In this document: in pieces, positions 1 through 8,534 of the stretch | Layout of the letters: each line of letters begins with the position of its first letter | How positions within the stretch are numbered: position 1 is the first letter of the stretch | Assembly: GCF_014280175.1 (NCBI RefSeq) | Contig: NZ_CP047931.1 | Span: 240,001 to 272,000, forward strand | Direction of reading: 5' to 3' | Length of the DNA stretch: 32,000 nt | Source of the DNA: Synechococcus sp. A15-28 | GTDB taxonomy: Bacteria > Cyanobacteriota > Cyanobacteriia > PCC-6307 > Cyanobiaceae | Program-made: the position numbers and the translations under genes | Notes under the pieces: generated by a model | The model's database searches: none | Told to the model about the DNA's origin: nothing | The model's input: only the letters and a program-made list of their open reading frames with translations

Positions 1-1
1 C

Positions 2-175
2 GACCGATCCCATGAGCAGCGCTGGGGCCCCCGCAGCCTTGATCTGGACCTGCTGTTCTGGGGTGAGCTGCGGCTGGAGCACCCGCGCCTGCTGCTGCCC
101 CACCCGCGCCTGCACCTCAGGACCTTTGTGCTGGCGCCGTTGCTGCAGGCGATGCAGGGGTCGGCTTCACGGTGA
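2..175 (+). CDS. folK: 2-amino-4-hydroxy-6-hydroxymethyldihydropteridine diphosphokinase (HPPK), C-terminal fragment; 5' end lies outside the window
   Basis: Own translation of the frame starting at nt 2: DRSHEQRWGPRSLDLDLLFWGELRLEHPRLLLPHPRLHLRTFVLAPLLQAMQGSASR*, stop TGA at 173-175. It carries the classic HPPK C-terminal pattern RWGPRxLDLDLL...LxLPHPRxxxRxFVLxPL. It is absent from the ORF track because no start codon lies in the window; track ORF 12..347 is a different frame. Confidence 0.8.
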   Translation, partial: DRSHEQRWGPRSLDLDLLFWGELRLEHPRLLLPHPRLHLRTFVLAPLLQAMQGSASR

Positions 176-1868
176 TTACCTGATCGGCCTGGGCCAGGAG
201 CTCCGGGTCGTGACTGCTGATCAGCATCAGCCGTTGCTGGGCGCGTTCCTGAACCACGGAACGAACCTGCGCAGCGGCCTTGGCATCGAGAAAGGCTGTG
301 GGTTCATCGAGCACCTCCAGCGGCTTGTCGCGCAACCAGGCCCGTAGCAGCCCGAGCCGATGAATCTCTCCGCCGGAGAAGGGATCCTGCGCCAGGGCCA
401 GCGGTGCATCCAGCCCGCCAGGGCGTTCCAGCAAGTGGCTCAGCCCCAGCCGTTGCAGCCAGGTTTCGATCGCCTCCTGGTGCTGATCGGCCCCCAGCAG
501 CAGGTTGTCGCGCAGGCTCGCTTCAAACAGCACAGCGTTCTGAGGGGCGTAGGCGATCAGCTGGTGCATCTGCCGTGCGCCTGCCAGCCCGCTCAGTCGC
601 CACGTTTTGCCGGCGCAGCACAGCTGCCACGCACTGTCTTCCTCGTTGAGCAGTCCACAGATGCGATCGATCAATGTCGTCTTGCCGCTGCCGGAGGGGC
701 CAGTGAGCGCCACCAGCCCGTTGGCACTCAGGCAAAGGGATGTCAAGCCTGGGGAAGCGTTATCGCTGCTGCTCCAGTGCAGCTCGCTCCATGGTGCAGT
801 GGAGAGCGTCGTCAGGTTGGTTTCAGCAATGGTCTGGTCGCTGGTTTCGCCCTGGCGGGGAATCAGCTGTCCGCGTCGCTGGCACAGGGCTTCGTAGCCC
901 GGCAGGTTGCCCAGGCAGAGCCTGCGGGCCTGCACCACGGTGCTGAGGGAGGCGCTGGAGCGGTAGGCCAGCACCAGGGTGGTGGTGAGCGTTTCGCCGC
1001 TCAGATCCTCGCCCTGCATCAGCATCCACAGCCCGGCGACGGCCACCACCAGGGTGTCGCGCCAAGCGTTGTAGCTGGCTCGGCGGCGAACCCGTTCCTG
1101 CAGCAGCCAACGCCCCTCCGCCGTGTCCTTGGCGAAGCGCTGCAGCAGCCATCCCTCCGCTGTTGCGGCGCGCAGGGCTTTCAGGCCATGCAGCCCATCC
1201 CCGACCGTTCTCTGCAGCGCTGCATTCAGCCGGCTCTGGATGCGGCCGAGACCCCAGCTGCCGGAGCGCTGCAGCAGGGCGGCGGCTGTGGTGGCCAGCA
1301 GGGCGAGCAACAGCGGCCAGGCGGCGGTTCGGCCCACCAGCACCACGCTGGCGAGGTAGATGCCCATGGCCAGCAGCGACTGCCCCAACCGCACCGCCTG
1401 ATCCAGGCTCAGGGCTGTGCGGTTGATGTCGGCCATCAGCAGGGCGAGCAGTTCACCGCGCCCCAGCCGATCCAGCTGGGCTGAGGAGGCCTCGAACACC
1501 TGATGTAGCAGCTGTTGCCGCAGCCGGTCGGTGAAGCCGGAGCGCAATCGCTCCCGCTGGATGTCCACCTTGGCCTGGATCAGGCCCCGCAGCAGGATCA
1601 GACCCACGAGCATTCCCAGACTTCCCGCCACGGGCAGGCCCTGGATCAGTGCAGGTGAACCGCTGCCCAGCAGCAGCGTCACCGCCAGCCCCAGGCCGGC
1701 GATGTCGAGCAGGCTGTTGAGACTGCTCAGCCCGCTCAACCAGGCCAGGTGCCGCCAGCCCGCTTCCCGAGCCAGGGCTTTGAGCAGCTGGATCTGCCGC
1801 AGGCGGGCCAGCTGTGGTGGACCTGTTTCGCGCAAAGCGGACGACGGGGGACTGGGTTCACCCGCCAT
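117..1868 (-). CDS. ABC transporter, fused permease/ATP-binding protein (exporter type)
   Basis: Track ORF 117..2273 trimmed to the ATG at 1868 (MAGEPSPPSS...), because the upstream part overlaps the divergent nudix gene. The N-terminal half is hydrophobic. The C-terminal NBD has Walker A GPSGSGKTT, a signature-like FSGGEIHRL and Walker B LEVLDEPTAFLD. Substrate unknown. Confidence 0.75.
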   Translation of the reverse strand: MAGEPSPPSSALRETGPPQLARLRQIQLLKALAREAGWRHLAWLSGLSSLNSLLDIAGLGLAVTLLLGSGSPALIQGLPVAGSLGMLVGLILLRGLIQAKVDIQRERLRSGFTDRLRQQLLHQVFEASSAQLDRLGRGELLALLMADINRTALSLDQAVRLGQSLLAMGIYLASVVLVGRTAAWPLLLALLATTAAALLQRSGSWGLGRIQSRLNAALQRTVGDGLHGLKALRAATAEGWLLQRFAKDTAEGRWLLQERVRRRASYNAWRDTLVVAVAGLWMLMQGEDLSGETLTTTLVLAYRSSASLSTVVQARRLCLGNLPGYEALCQRRGQLIPRQGETSDQTIAETNLTTLSTAPWSELHWSSSDNASPGLTSLCLSANGLVALTGPSGSGKTTLIDRICGLLNEEDSAWQLCCAGKTWRLSGLAGARQMHQLIAYAPQNAVLFEASLRDNLLLGADQHQEAIETWLQRLGLSHLLERPGGLDAPLALAQDPFSGGEIHRLGLLRAWLRDKPLEVLDEPTAFLDAKAAAQVRSVVQERAQQRLMLISSHDPELLAQADQVITVKPTPASPAATAPAQRS

Positions 1869-1895
1869 GCTGGGCCCCAGCAATGCCTGTGTCCC

Positions 1896-2459
1896 ATGGC
1901 GCCCCTGCCGTCGCCAGAACCGTTTGATCTGCTGGAAACGGTGGAGGTGGTGAATGTCCGCAAACTCCGCTTCGAGCGCAATCGGATCAAGTTGCCGATG
2001 GGAGTGGAGGCCACCTTCGGGATGATTCGCCACCCCGGCGCCTCCCTGGCGGTGCCGATCACCGAAGACGGTCAGGTGGTGTTGCTGCGCCAATACCGCT
2101 TTGCGGTGCAGGCCCGGCTGCTGGAATTCCCTGCAGGCACGCTGGAAGAGGGCGAAGACCCTCTGGAATCGATGCAGCGGGAACTGGGGGAAGAGGCGGG
2201 CTACAGCGCGGCGCGTTGGGATGCTCTTGGTCCGATGCTCCCCTGCCCGGGCTACTCCGACGAGGTGATCCATTGCTTCCTGGCCCGCGAGCTCACTCCT
2301 CTGGAGAACCCGCCTGCGGGTGATGACGACGAGGACCTCGAGGTGGTGTTGATGACCCCCATGGATCTCGATGCCCGGCTTGGATCCGGTGATGAATGGC
2401 TGGATGGCAAGAGTGTCACCGCCTGGTATCGCGCCAAACAGCTCTTGGGTCTGGGATGA
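1896..2459 (+). CDS. NUDIX hydrolase (ADP-ribose pyrophosphatase-like)
   Basis: Track ORF 1749..2459 trimmed to the ATG at 1896 (MAPLPSPEPF...). Nudix box GTLEEGEDPLESMQRELGEEAGY fits GX5EX7REUXEEXGU. Its stop overlaps the photolyase start (ATGA at 2456-2459). The start is uncertain; an internal MGVEATFG is possible. Confidence 0.8.
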   Translation: MAPLPSPEPFDLLETVEVVNVRKLRFERNRIKLPMGVEATFGMIRHPGASLAVPITEDGQVVLLRQYRFAVQARLLEFPAGTLEEGEDPLESMQRELGEEAGYSAARWDALGPMLPCPGYSDEVIHCFLARELTPLENPPAGDDDEDLEVVLMTPMDLDARLGSGDEWLDGKSVTAWYRAKQLLGLG

Positions 2460-3889
2460 CGACCACGCGTGTTCTGTTCTGGCACCGCCGCGACCTGCGC
2501 CTGGCGGACAACCTCGGTTTGGCGGCCGCTGCGGAGATCAGCCCGGCGGTGACCGGGGTCTATGTGCTCGACCCGCAGGTGATCGCGCCCCCAGAGCACC
2601 TGCCGCCGATGGCTCCTGCGCGGCTGTGGTTCCTGATTGAGAGCCTCGTGGAATTGCAGCAGCGCTGGCGCGAGGCCGGCAGTCGCCTGCTGGTTGTGGA
2701 AGGAGACCCCGTGGCGTTGTTGCCGCAGCTGGCGGAGCAGATCGGCGCTTCAGCGGTGGTCTGGAACAAGGATGTGGAGCCCTACGCCCGCGAGCGCGAC
2801 CGGCAGGTGGCCCGGCAGCTGCAGGCCGATGGCCGCAGGGTGGTGGTCGACTGGGATCAGTTGCTGATCGCGCCGGAGCTGCTCAAGACCGGCGGTGGTG
2901 ATCCTTATCGCGTCTACGGCCCGTTCCTGCGCAACTGGCGCGGCCAGGTGCAGGCCAAGCAGACCAGCACGGTTGCAGCCCCCACGGGGTTGGTGGATCT
3001 GCCGCCGGAACTGGTGCCGGCTGGTGATCCCCTGGCGGAACGACGGGACTGCCATGGCTTCAAGGGCACCGAGATCTGCCCCTGTCGCCCCGGCGAGGCG
3101 GCGGCGATGCAGCAACTCACCACGTTCTGCGATGGGCCGCTGCTCGGCTACGAACCCGACCGTAATTTCCCCGGCACCGCCAGTACCTCGTATCTGAGTG
3201 CGGCCCTGAGTGTGGGCACCCTCAGTCCGCGCCAGGCCTGGTGTGCCGCCCAAGACACCCGCGACCAGGCCCGCAGCGAGGAGCAGCTGCAGGCCATCAC
3301 CGTTTGGGAGCAAGAGTTGTGCTGGCGCGAGTTTTACCAGCAGGCCCTGTTCCATTTCCCCGAGCTGGCCGATGGCCCTTACCGCGAGCAGTGGCGCCGT
3401 TTCCCCTGGGAGAACAACCAGGACTGGTTCGACTTCTGGAAGGATGGCCAGACCGGCATGCCGATCATTGATGCCGCCATGCGTCAGCTCAACCAGACCG
3501 GCTGGATGCACAACCGCTGCCGCATGATCGTGGCCTCTTATCTGGTCAAGGACCTCATCTGTGACTGGCGCTGGGGCGAGCGAGCCTTCATGGAGCTGGA
3601 GGTGGATGGGGATCTGGCCGCCAACAATGGCGGCTGGCAATGGAGTGCCAGCAGCGGCATGGATCCCAAGCCCCTGCGCATCTTCAATCCGGCCACCCAG
3701 GCATCCAAGTTCGATTCAGCGGGTGACTACATCCGCCAGTGGGTGCCGGAGCTCCGCCACGTGAATACCAAGGATTTGCTCAGTGGTGAGATTGGTGGAC
3801 TCGAGCGGCGGGATTACCCCGAACAGCTGGTCAATCACAAAACCCAGCAGGCGAAATTCAAGGCGCTTTACGCAACCATCCGCTCCTGA
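2456..3889 (+). CDS. phrA: Deoxyribodipyrimidine (CPD) photolyase, class I type
   Basis: ATG at 2456 (MTTTRVLFWHRRDLRLADNLGL). FAD-domain motifs TGMPIIDAAMRQLNQTGWMHNRCRMIVASYL and DGDLAANNGGWQWSASSGMD are present. Full-length two-domain architecture, 477 aa. Confidence 0.9.
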   Translation: MTTTRVLFWHRRDLRLADNLGLAAAAEISPAVTGVYVLDPQVIAPPEHLPPMAPARLWFLIESLVELQQRWREAGSRLLVVEGDPVALLPQLAEQIGASAVVWNKDVEPYARERDRQVARQLQADGRRVVVDWDQLLIAPELLKTGGGDPYRVYGPFLRNWRGQVQAKQTSTVAAPTGLVDLPPELVPAGDPLAERRDCHGFKGTEICPCRPGEAAAMQQLTTFCDGPLLGYEPDRNFPGTASTSYLSAALSVGTLSPRQAWCAAQDTRDQARSEEQLQAITVWEQELCWREFYQQALFHFPELADGPYREQWRRFPWENNQDWFDFWKDGQTGMPIIDAAMRQLNQTGWMHNRCRMIVASYLVKDLICDWRWGERAFMELEVDGDLAANNGGWQWSASSGMDPKPLRIFNPATQASKFDSAGDYIRQWVPELRHVNTKDLLSGEIGGLERRDYPEQLVNHKTQQAKFKALYATIRS

Positions 3890-5103
3890 TTGCCAGCCAA
3901 AGGCAAGGGCGTTGGACTGGACTGATCCAGCACCTGTTTCACGGTGTCGATCACGGTCTGTTGCTGCTCCTGACTCAGTTCCGGGAAGATCGGCAGGCTT
4001 AGCACCTGGCTGCAGAGTTGCTCAGTCACTGGCAGGGAACCCTGCTCGAGACCCAGACCGGCATAGGCCGGTTGGCGGTGAATCGGTATGGGGTAATAGA
4101 TGATCGTGTTCACGCCGCGCTCCATCAGGGTCTGCTTCAGCCAGTCGCGGCAGCAGCTTTCCGGGAGTCCGTGGCTCGAGCTGGTGGCCGACGGTGAGCA
4201 ACGGGCGTTGCAAAGGGGCTGGCCGGTGGGGCAGCTGCCGATGCGCACCACGAACTGATTCCAGCTGTGACCGTCGTCAGTTGTGGGAAGGGTGAGGCCT
4301 TTCAGATCTGCCAGAGCGTCCCGGTACCTAGTTGCGATAGCGGTTCGGTTGCTGATCCACTCCCCCAGCTTGGGCAGCTTCACATTCAGAACGGCTGCCT
4401 GCATGGCGTCGAGGCGGCTGTTGTAACCGAGAGCCGTGTGCAGGTAACGCTTCGGCATGCCGTGGACCGCCAGCTCACGCATGGTTTGAGCCAGGGCGTC
4501 ATCGTTGCTGGTGGCTGCACCGCCATCCCCTGCCGCACCGAGATTCTTCGTCGGGAAGAAGCTGAAGCAGCCCACATCACCGAAGCTGCCGACGGGTTTG
4601 CCGTTCCAATGGGCTCCGCTGGCCTGGGCACAGTCCTCAACCACCTTGAGGTTGTGGGCTTCGGCGATGGCCATCAGGCGGTCCATATCCACCGGTCTGC
4701 CAAACAGATGCACAGGCATCAAGGCCTTCGTCGCCGGCGTGACCGCCGCTTCGATCTGATCCAGATCGATCAGGTAAGTGGTGGGGTCCACATCCACGAA
4801 CACGGGCGTGGCACCGACGGCGCTGATGGCCTCAGCGGTGGCAAAAAAACTGAAGGAGCAGGTGATCACTTCGTCGCCCGCGCCAATGTCCAGAGCTCGC
4901 AGGGCCAGGATCAGGGCATCGGTGCCGCTGTTGCAGCCCACGGCGTGGCTGCAGCCGAGGCTAGAGGCAAAAGAGTCTTCAAATTGCTTGATCTGCGGCC
5001 CGCCGATGTACTGGCCGCTTCGCAATACATTCAGCACCGCCTCTTCGAGGTCCTGGCCCAGATCGCTGATCTGCTGGCTGAGGCTGAAGGGGGGAACCTG
5101 CAT
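3868..5103 (-). CDS. DegT/DnrJ/EryC1/StrS-family PLP-dependent sugar aminotransferase, with a Cys-rich insertion
   Basis: Motifs CNSGTDAL and the PLP-lysine motif FSFFPTKNLG, plus the C-terminal YYPIPIHRQPAY. The track start at 5109 is TTG; the first ATG is at 5103 (MQVPPFSL). A roughly 30-aa insertion carrying five Cys maps to nt 4150-4239. Confidence 0.85.
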   Translation of the reverse strand: MQVPPFSLSQQISDLGQDLEEAVLNVLRSGQYIGGPQIKQFEDSFASSLGCSHAVGCNSGTDALILALRALDIGAGDEVITCSFSFFATAEAISAVGATPVFVDVDPTTYLIDLDQIEAAVTPATKALMPVHLFGRPVDMDRLMAIAEAHNLKVVEDCAQASGAHWNGKPVGSFGDVGCFSFFPTKNLGAAGDGGAATSNDDALAQTMRELAVHGMPKRYLHTALGYNSRLDAMQAAVLNVKLPKLGEWISNRTAIATRYRDALADLKGLTLPTTDDGHSWNQFVVRIGSCPTGQPLCNARCSPSATSSSHGLPESCCRDWLKQTLMERGVNTIIYYPIPIHRQPAYAGLGLEQGSLPVTEQLCSQVLSLPIFPELSQEQQQTVIDTVKQVLDQSSPTPLPLAGNQERMVA

Positions 5104-5122
5104 AAACAAAATCTTAAGCGGA

Positions 5123-5707
5123 TCAGCCGAACCACTCCGGCTCCTGTCCGGGATTCCATTTCACGTTGCAGCCCACCGAGGCGGTCTGGTTGGGATTCAC
5201 AGTGCTGCCGCTTAGGACCGCCTCCAGAGCGGCCCGCAGGTCAACACCGTTGAGCGGCACGTCGTTGCCGGGGCGGCTGCCATCCAGCTGACCGCGGTAC
5301 CGGAGCGTCTGCGGTCCATCTCCATCAGCCGCAAAGAGGTAAAACTCCGGGGTGCAGGCGGCTCTGAGATCGCGGGCCAGGCGTTGCTGTTCATCCAGCA
5401 GATAGGGAAAACGCCAGCCGTGGCGACGGGCCTGGTCCGCCAGCTGCTCCGGGCCGTCTTGGGGATGGGTGATCAGGCTGTTGCTGCTGACCGCCAGCAG
5501 CTGAACCGCCGTGCCGTAGTCCCGCTCCAGTCGGCTCAGTTCCGGTTCCACATGCTTGACGAACGGGCAATGGGCGCAGATCACCATCAGCAGCACTGGC
5601 CGCCCATCCAGGTCGGCGTTGCTGATGCTGCCCCCTGCGACCGCCGGCAGTGAGAACGCCGGTAGGGGAGTGTCCAGAGCCAGCATCGTGGAGGGTGTGA
5701 GGGCCAT
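5123..5707 (-). CDS. Thioredoxin-fold (AhpC/TSA / redoxin-like) thiol-disulfide oxidoreductase
   Basis: ATG at 5707. CxxC active site in VICAHCPFVKH. Size and layout are typical of thioredoxin-like redoxins. It lies 13 nt upstream of degT on the same strand. Confidence 0.7.
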   Translation of the reverse strand: MALTPSTMLALDTPLPAFSLPAVAGGSISNADLDGRPVLLMVICAHCPFVKHVEPELSRLERDYGTAVQLLAVSSNSLITHPQDGPEQLADQARRHGWRFPYLLDEQQRLARDLRAACTPEFYLFAADGDGPQTLRYRGQLDGSRPGNDVPLNGVDLRAALEAVLSGSTVNPNQTASVGCNVKWNPGQEPEWFG

Positions 5708-5765
5708 GGCGATTCCTGCAGATCCGTCGTGTTGCTATCAGGATGACCGCAGCTCGAGAAGTGCG

Positions 5766-6281
5766 ATGCAGCGCGGGCTGGCCATGGCAGGGGTGATGCT
5801 GTTGCTTGGTTGTTCGGCGCCAGCGGACCCCCCCAGCTGGCGCGTGATTCCCCTGCAGCGCTACGCCCCCCACGACGGTTTGGCGGTGGTGAACCAACCG
5901 GATGGCTACGGACTGCACATCTTTCTGGAGACGGACACCAGCGATCCAGCGATCTGCAGACCCCGTTGGCTGCCGGACCCAGCGCGTCTGTTCAACGGCA
6001 ATGGCACCACCCCGTTCAGTTCCGGTCTGGCGACCCGTGCTGAGTTCTTTGCGGCGGTGGCACGCAAGGACGTGACCAAGGCTTTGCAGCGGGAGTTGGA
6101 AGCCCTCTGCCAGCAGCGTGCCCCCGATGCCCAATGGGTCTGGAGCGAGCCACCACGATCGGAAGCGGAGGTGGTGCCCGTGCGTCTGCCGGCCCTGGAA
6201 CAAGGGGAACTGCTCACCAATCCCGTCGATGAGCTGGAGCGGGTGGAAGCGTTGCTGCGCAATCAGCCTGCGGCCGAGTAG
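5766..6281 (+). CDS. Hypothetical lipoprotein
   Basis: Track ORF 5556..6281 trimmed to the ATG at 5766. The N-terminus MQRGLAMAGVMLLLGCS has a signal peptide plus lipobox (LLGC). Codon pattern looks coding. I recognise no family. Confidence 0.55.
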   Translation: MQRGLAMAGVMLLLGCSAPADPPSWRVIPLQRYAPHDGLAVVNQPDGYGLHIFLETDTSDPAICRPRWLPDPARLFNGNGTTPFSSGLATRAEFFAAVARKDVTKALQRELEALCQQRAPDAQWVWSEPPRSEAEVVPVRLPALEQGELLTNPVDELERVEALLRNQPAAE

Positions 6282-6703
6282 CTCTCCCACACCACCGGCT
6301 CCGCCTCGCGCCAGTAGCGGCTGAAGCGCCCAAGCCGTGGTGGCCGAGGCAATTCGACGAAAGGCTCAGGATCCAGTTCCTGCAAAGGCAGCTCCGCTTC
6401 GATGGCATCGGCGATCCGTTGCAGGCGCGGATCCACGGCGGTGCTGGTCACCACGCCATCCGCCCCATGGCGATGTGCGAAGGCGATCACTTCGGCCGCC
6501 ACATCCCCCTTGCGCAACGTGAGTGGGAGCTCGAGGGCGTTTTCGTAGAGAAAACCAAGGCGTTTGCGGCTGATCCGGGCGGCCTCAATCCAATTCGTGT
6601 CAAAGACGAATAGCGCTGGCGCATCCGGCCAGGCCCGCAGGGCTGGGTTGGCGGGTCCAAGGGCTTCTTCGTGAACCCAGAGAATCGGTCGTTGCAGAGT
6701 CAT
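6263..6703 (-). CDS. Stand-alone photolyase N-terminal alpha/beta-domain-like protein
   Basis: ATG at 6703 (MTLQRPILWVHEEALGPANPAL...). It runs colinear with the N-terminal domain of the PhrA in this window. ILWVHEEALGPANPAL matches VLFWHRRDLRLADNLGL, LFVFDTN matches VYVLDPQ, and RLGFLYENALEL matches RLWFLIESLVEL. GADGVVTSTAVDPRLQRIADAI matches GASAVVWNKDVEPYARERDRQV. It starts 16 nt after the stop of the FAD-domain gene. Confidence 0.6.
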   Translation of the reverse strand: MTLQRPILWVHEEALGPANPALRAWPDAPALFVFDTNWIEAARISRKRLGFLYENALELPLTLRKGDVAAEVIAFAHRHGADGVVTSTAVDPRLQRIADAIEAELPLQELDPEPFVELPRPPRLGRFSRYWREAEPVVWESYSAAG

Positions 6704-6719
6704 GGCTTCCAGTCGGTAT

Positions 6720-7640
6720 CTATCGCTTGGGGCGGGCCAGGGCAGCACTGGCGCCCCCCTTCCCCTGTTGGCGGTTGTTCGGCCGTCGGTCCCGACGGTT
6801 GCGGTCGTTGCCGCTGTCCCGAATGGCCGGCATCGGGGCAAACAGCTGACTCTCCAACTGGTCGTAACTGCCCTCGAAGGGGCAACGGCTGGCGCTGGGA
6901 CAGCCATCGCAATAGCGGCCATCGCTGTAGCGCTCCAAGTTGCCCCGATTGAAGAAGTAAGGCTTGTGGCTGAAGCTGCTGGCGACCCACTGCCAACTGA
7001 GGTGGTTGCTGGCGGGATCGCCGTCCAGCAAGTGTTCGAGGAACCAGTCGGCGCCGGCTTTCCAATGCACCCGACGCCAGTGCACCAGCCAGGCGGCCAT
7101 CCACATGCGGGCGTGGTTGTGCAGCCAACCCGTCGTCACCAGCTCGGTGCGGAAGCCATCCATGCAGGCCAGCCCGGTGCGGCCGTCGCGCACGTCTTCG
7201 GGTAGCTCCCTGGCGTAGGAGCTGGCGTCGTGGCCTGTCTTGAACGCCTCCTGGTCGTTGTGGATGCCATCGCCCAGATCCAGCCACATCCGCTGCCAGA
7301 AGTCGCGCCAGCCCAGCTCGTTGATCAGCTTGCCGCCGTCGTCCCGTTTGCGGATGCGTTGAAACACGGCATCACGCACCTCCGCCAGCGTCAGCACGCC
7401 GTGGCGGATGAAGGGGGAAAGGCCGGTGACGGCACCCTTCAGGTGATTGCGGCTTTTGGCGTAGCGGGACGGCTGCACCTTCGCCAGTTTGGCGTCGGCA
7501 GCCTGGCGGCCGCCGTGGATCGGGCTGAGGGGACCCTCCGCGCTGGGGAATTCCTGAGTCAGCAGCGCCTCGAGGGAGTCTCTTGAGGCGAACTGACGGG
7601 GCAGATCGCCGGGATGGGGGGCTGACGGGGTGCTGGGCAC
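6720..7640 (-). CDS. Stand-alone photolyase/cryptochrome FAD-binding (C-terminal helical) domain protein with a basic tail
   Basis: Motifs TGLACMDGFRTELVTTGWLHNHARMWMAAWLV and DGDPASNHLSWQWVASSFS parallel the PhrA FAD-domain motifs. The track start (7838) and internal ATGs overlap fabI, so I propose the GTG at 7640 (VPSTPSAPHPG...); this start is uncertain. The C-terminal tail RDSGNDRNRRDRRPNNRQQGKGG is strongly basic. Confidence 0.7.
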   Translation of the reverse strand: MPSTPSAPHPGDLPRQFASRDSLEALLTQEFPSAEGPLSPIHGGRQAADAKLAKVQPSRYAKSRNHLKGAVTGLSPFIRHGVLTLAEVRDAVFQRIRKRDDGGKLINELGWRDFWQRMWLDLGDGIHNDQEAFKTGHDASSYARELPEDVRDGRTGLACMDGFRTELVTTGWLHNHARMWMAAWLVHWRRVHWKAGADWFLEHLLDGDPASNHLSWQWVASSFSHKPYFFNRGNLERYSDGRYCDGCPSASRCPFEGSYDQLESQLFAPMPAIRDSGNDRNRRDRRPNNRQQGKGGASAALARPKR

Positions 7641-7722
7641 CGGCCTTCTGAAGCGAGCGAGCCGAGATCCTGGCGGGGGATGGGGGAGAATCGCGCGATG
7701 CAACCCGTTCCGGTCCGTTTCG

Positions 7723-8505
7723 ATGCTGCTTGATCTCACCGGCAAGAAGATCCTCGTCACCGGCATCGCCAACAACCGATCGATCGCCTGGGGCATCGCG
7801 CAGCAGTTGAAGGCGGCCGGCGCCGAACTCGGCATCACCTATCTGCCCGATGAAAAGGGCCGCTTCGAAGCCAAGGTGCGCGAACTCACCGCACCGCTGG
7901 AGCCCAGCCTGTTCCTGCCCCTGAATGTGCAGGACGCCGACCAGATGGCCGAGGTCTTCGCGGAGATCAAGGAGAAGTGGGGCGTTCTTGATGGCCTCGT
8001 GCACTGCCTGGCCTTCGCCGGCAAGGAGGAGCTGATCGGCGACTACAGCGCCACCACGGCGGAAGGCTTTGCCCGCTCCCTTGATATCAGCGCTTATTCC
8101 CTGGCCCCCCTCTGCGCCCATGCCAAGCCGCTGTTCAGCGAGAAGGCCGGCGTGATCACGCTCTCGTACCTCGGCGCAGAGCGGGCCATTCCCAATTACA
8201 ACGTGATGGGCGTGGCCAAGGCGGCCCTGGAGGCCTCCGTCCGCTACCTGGCTGCTGAGCTGGGTCCGGAGAAGCAGGTGCGCGTCAACGCCATCAGTGC
8301 CGGCCCGATCCGCACCCTGGCCAGCTCCGCCATCGGCGGCATCCTCGACATGATCCACAACGTGGAGGAGAAAGCTCCCCTGCGCCGCACCGTGACCCAG
8401 ATGGAGGTGGGCGGCACCGCAGCCTTCCTGCTCAGCGATCTGGCCAGCGGCATCTCCGGACAGACCATTTACGTGGATGCGGGCTACTGCGTCACCGGCA
8501 TGTGA
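7723..8505 (+). CDS. fabI: Enoyl-[acyl-carrier-protein] reductase (NADH)
   Basis: ATG at 7723 ([26 protein letters not shown]). Catalytic region [20 protein letters not shown]. 260 aa, a typical FabI. Confidence 0.92.
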   Translation: MLLDLTGKKILVTGIANNRSIAWGIAQQLKAAGAELGITYLPDEKGRFEAKVRELTAPLEPSLFLPLNVQDADQMAEVFAEIKEKWGVLDGLVHCLAFAGKEELIGDYSATTAEGFARSLDISAYSLAPLCAHAKPLFSEKAGVITLSYLGAERAIPNYNVMGVAKAALEASVRYLAAELGPEKQVRVNAISAGPIRTLASSAIGGILDMIHNVEEKAPLRRTVTQMEVGGTAAFLLSDLASGISGQTIYVDAGYCVTGM

Positions 8506-8534
8506 GGCAGCATGAGGACAGCGGAGCAGCGGTG

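Noticed and set aside
12-347. Track ORF 12..347 (+), 111 aa, at the left edge.
   Set aside because: It is in a different frame from the recognisable FolK C-terminus (frame starting at nt 2, stop at 175) and overlaps the ABC-transporter 3' end. Its translation is Cys/Arg-rich nonsense.
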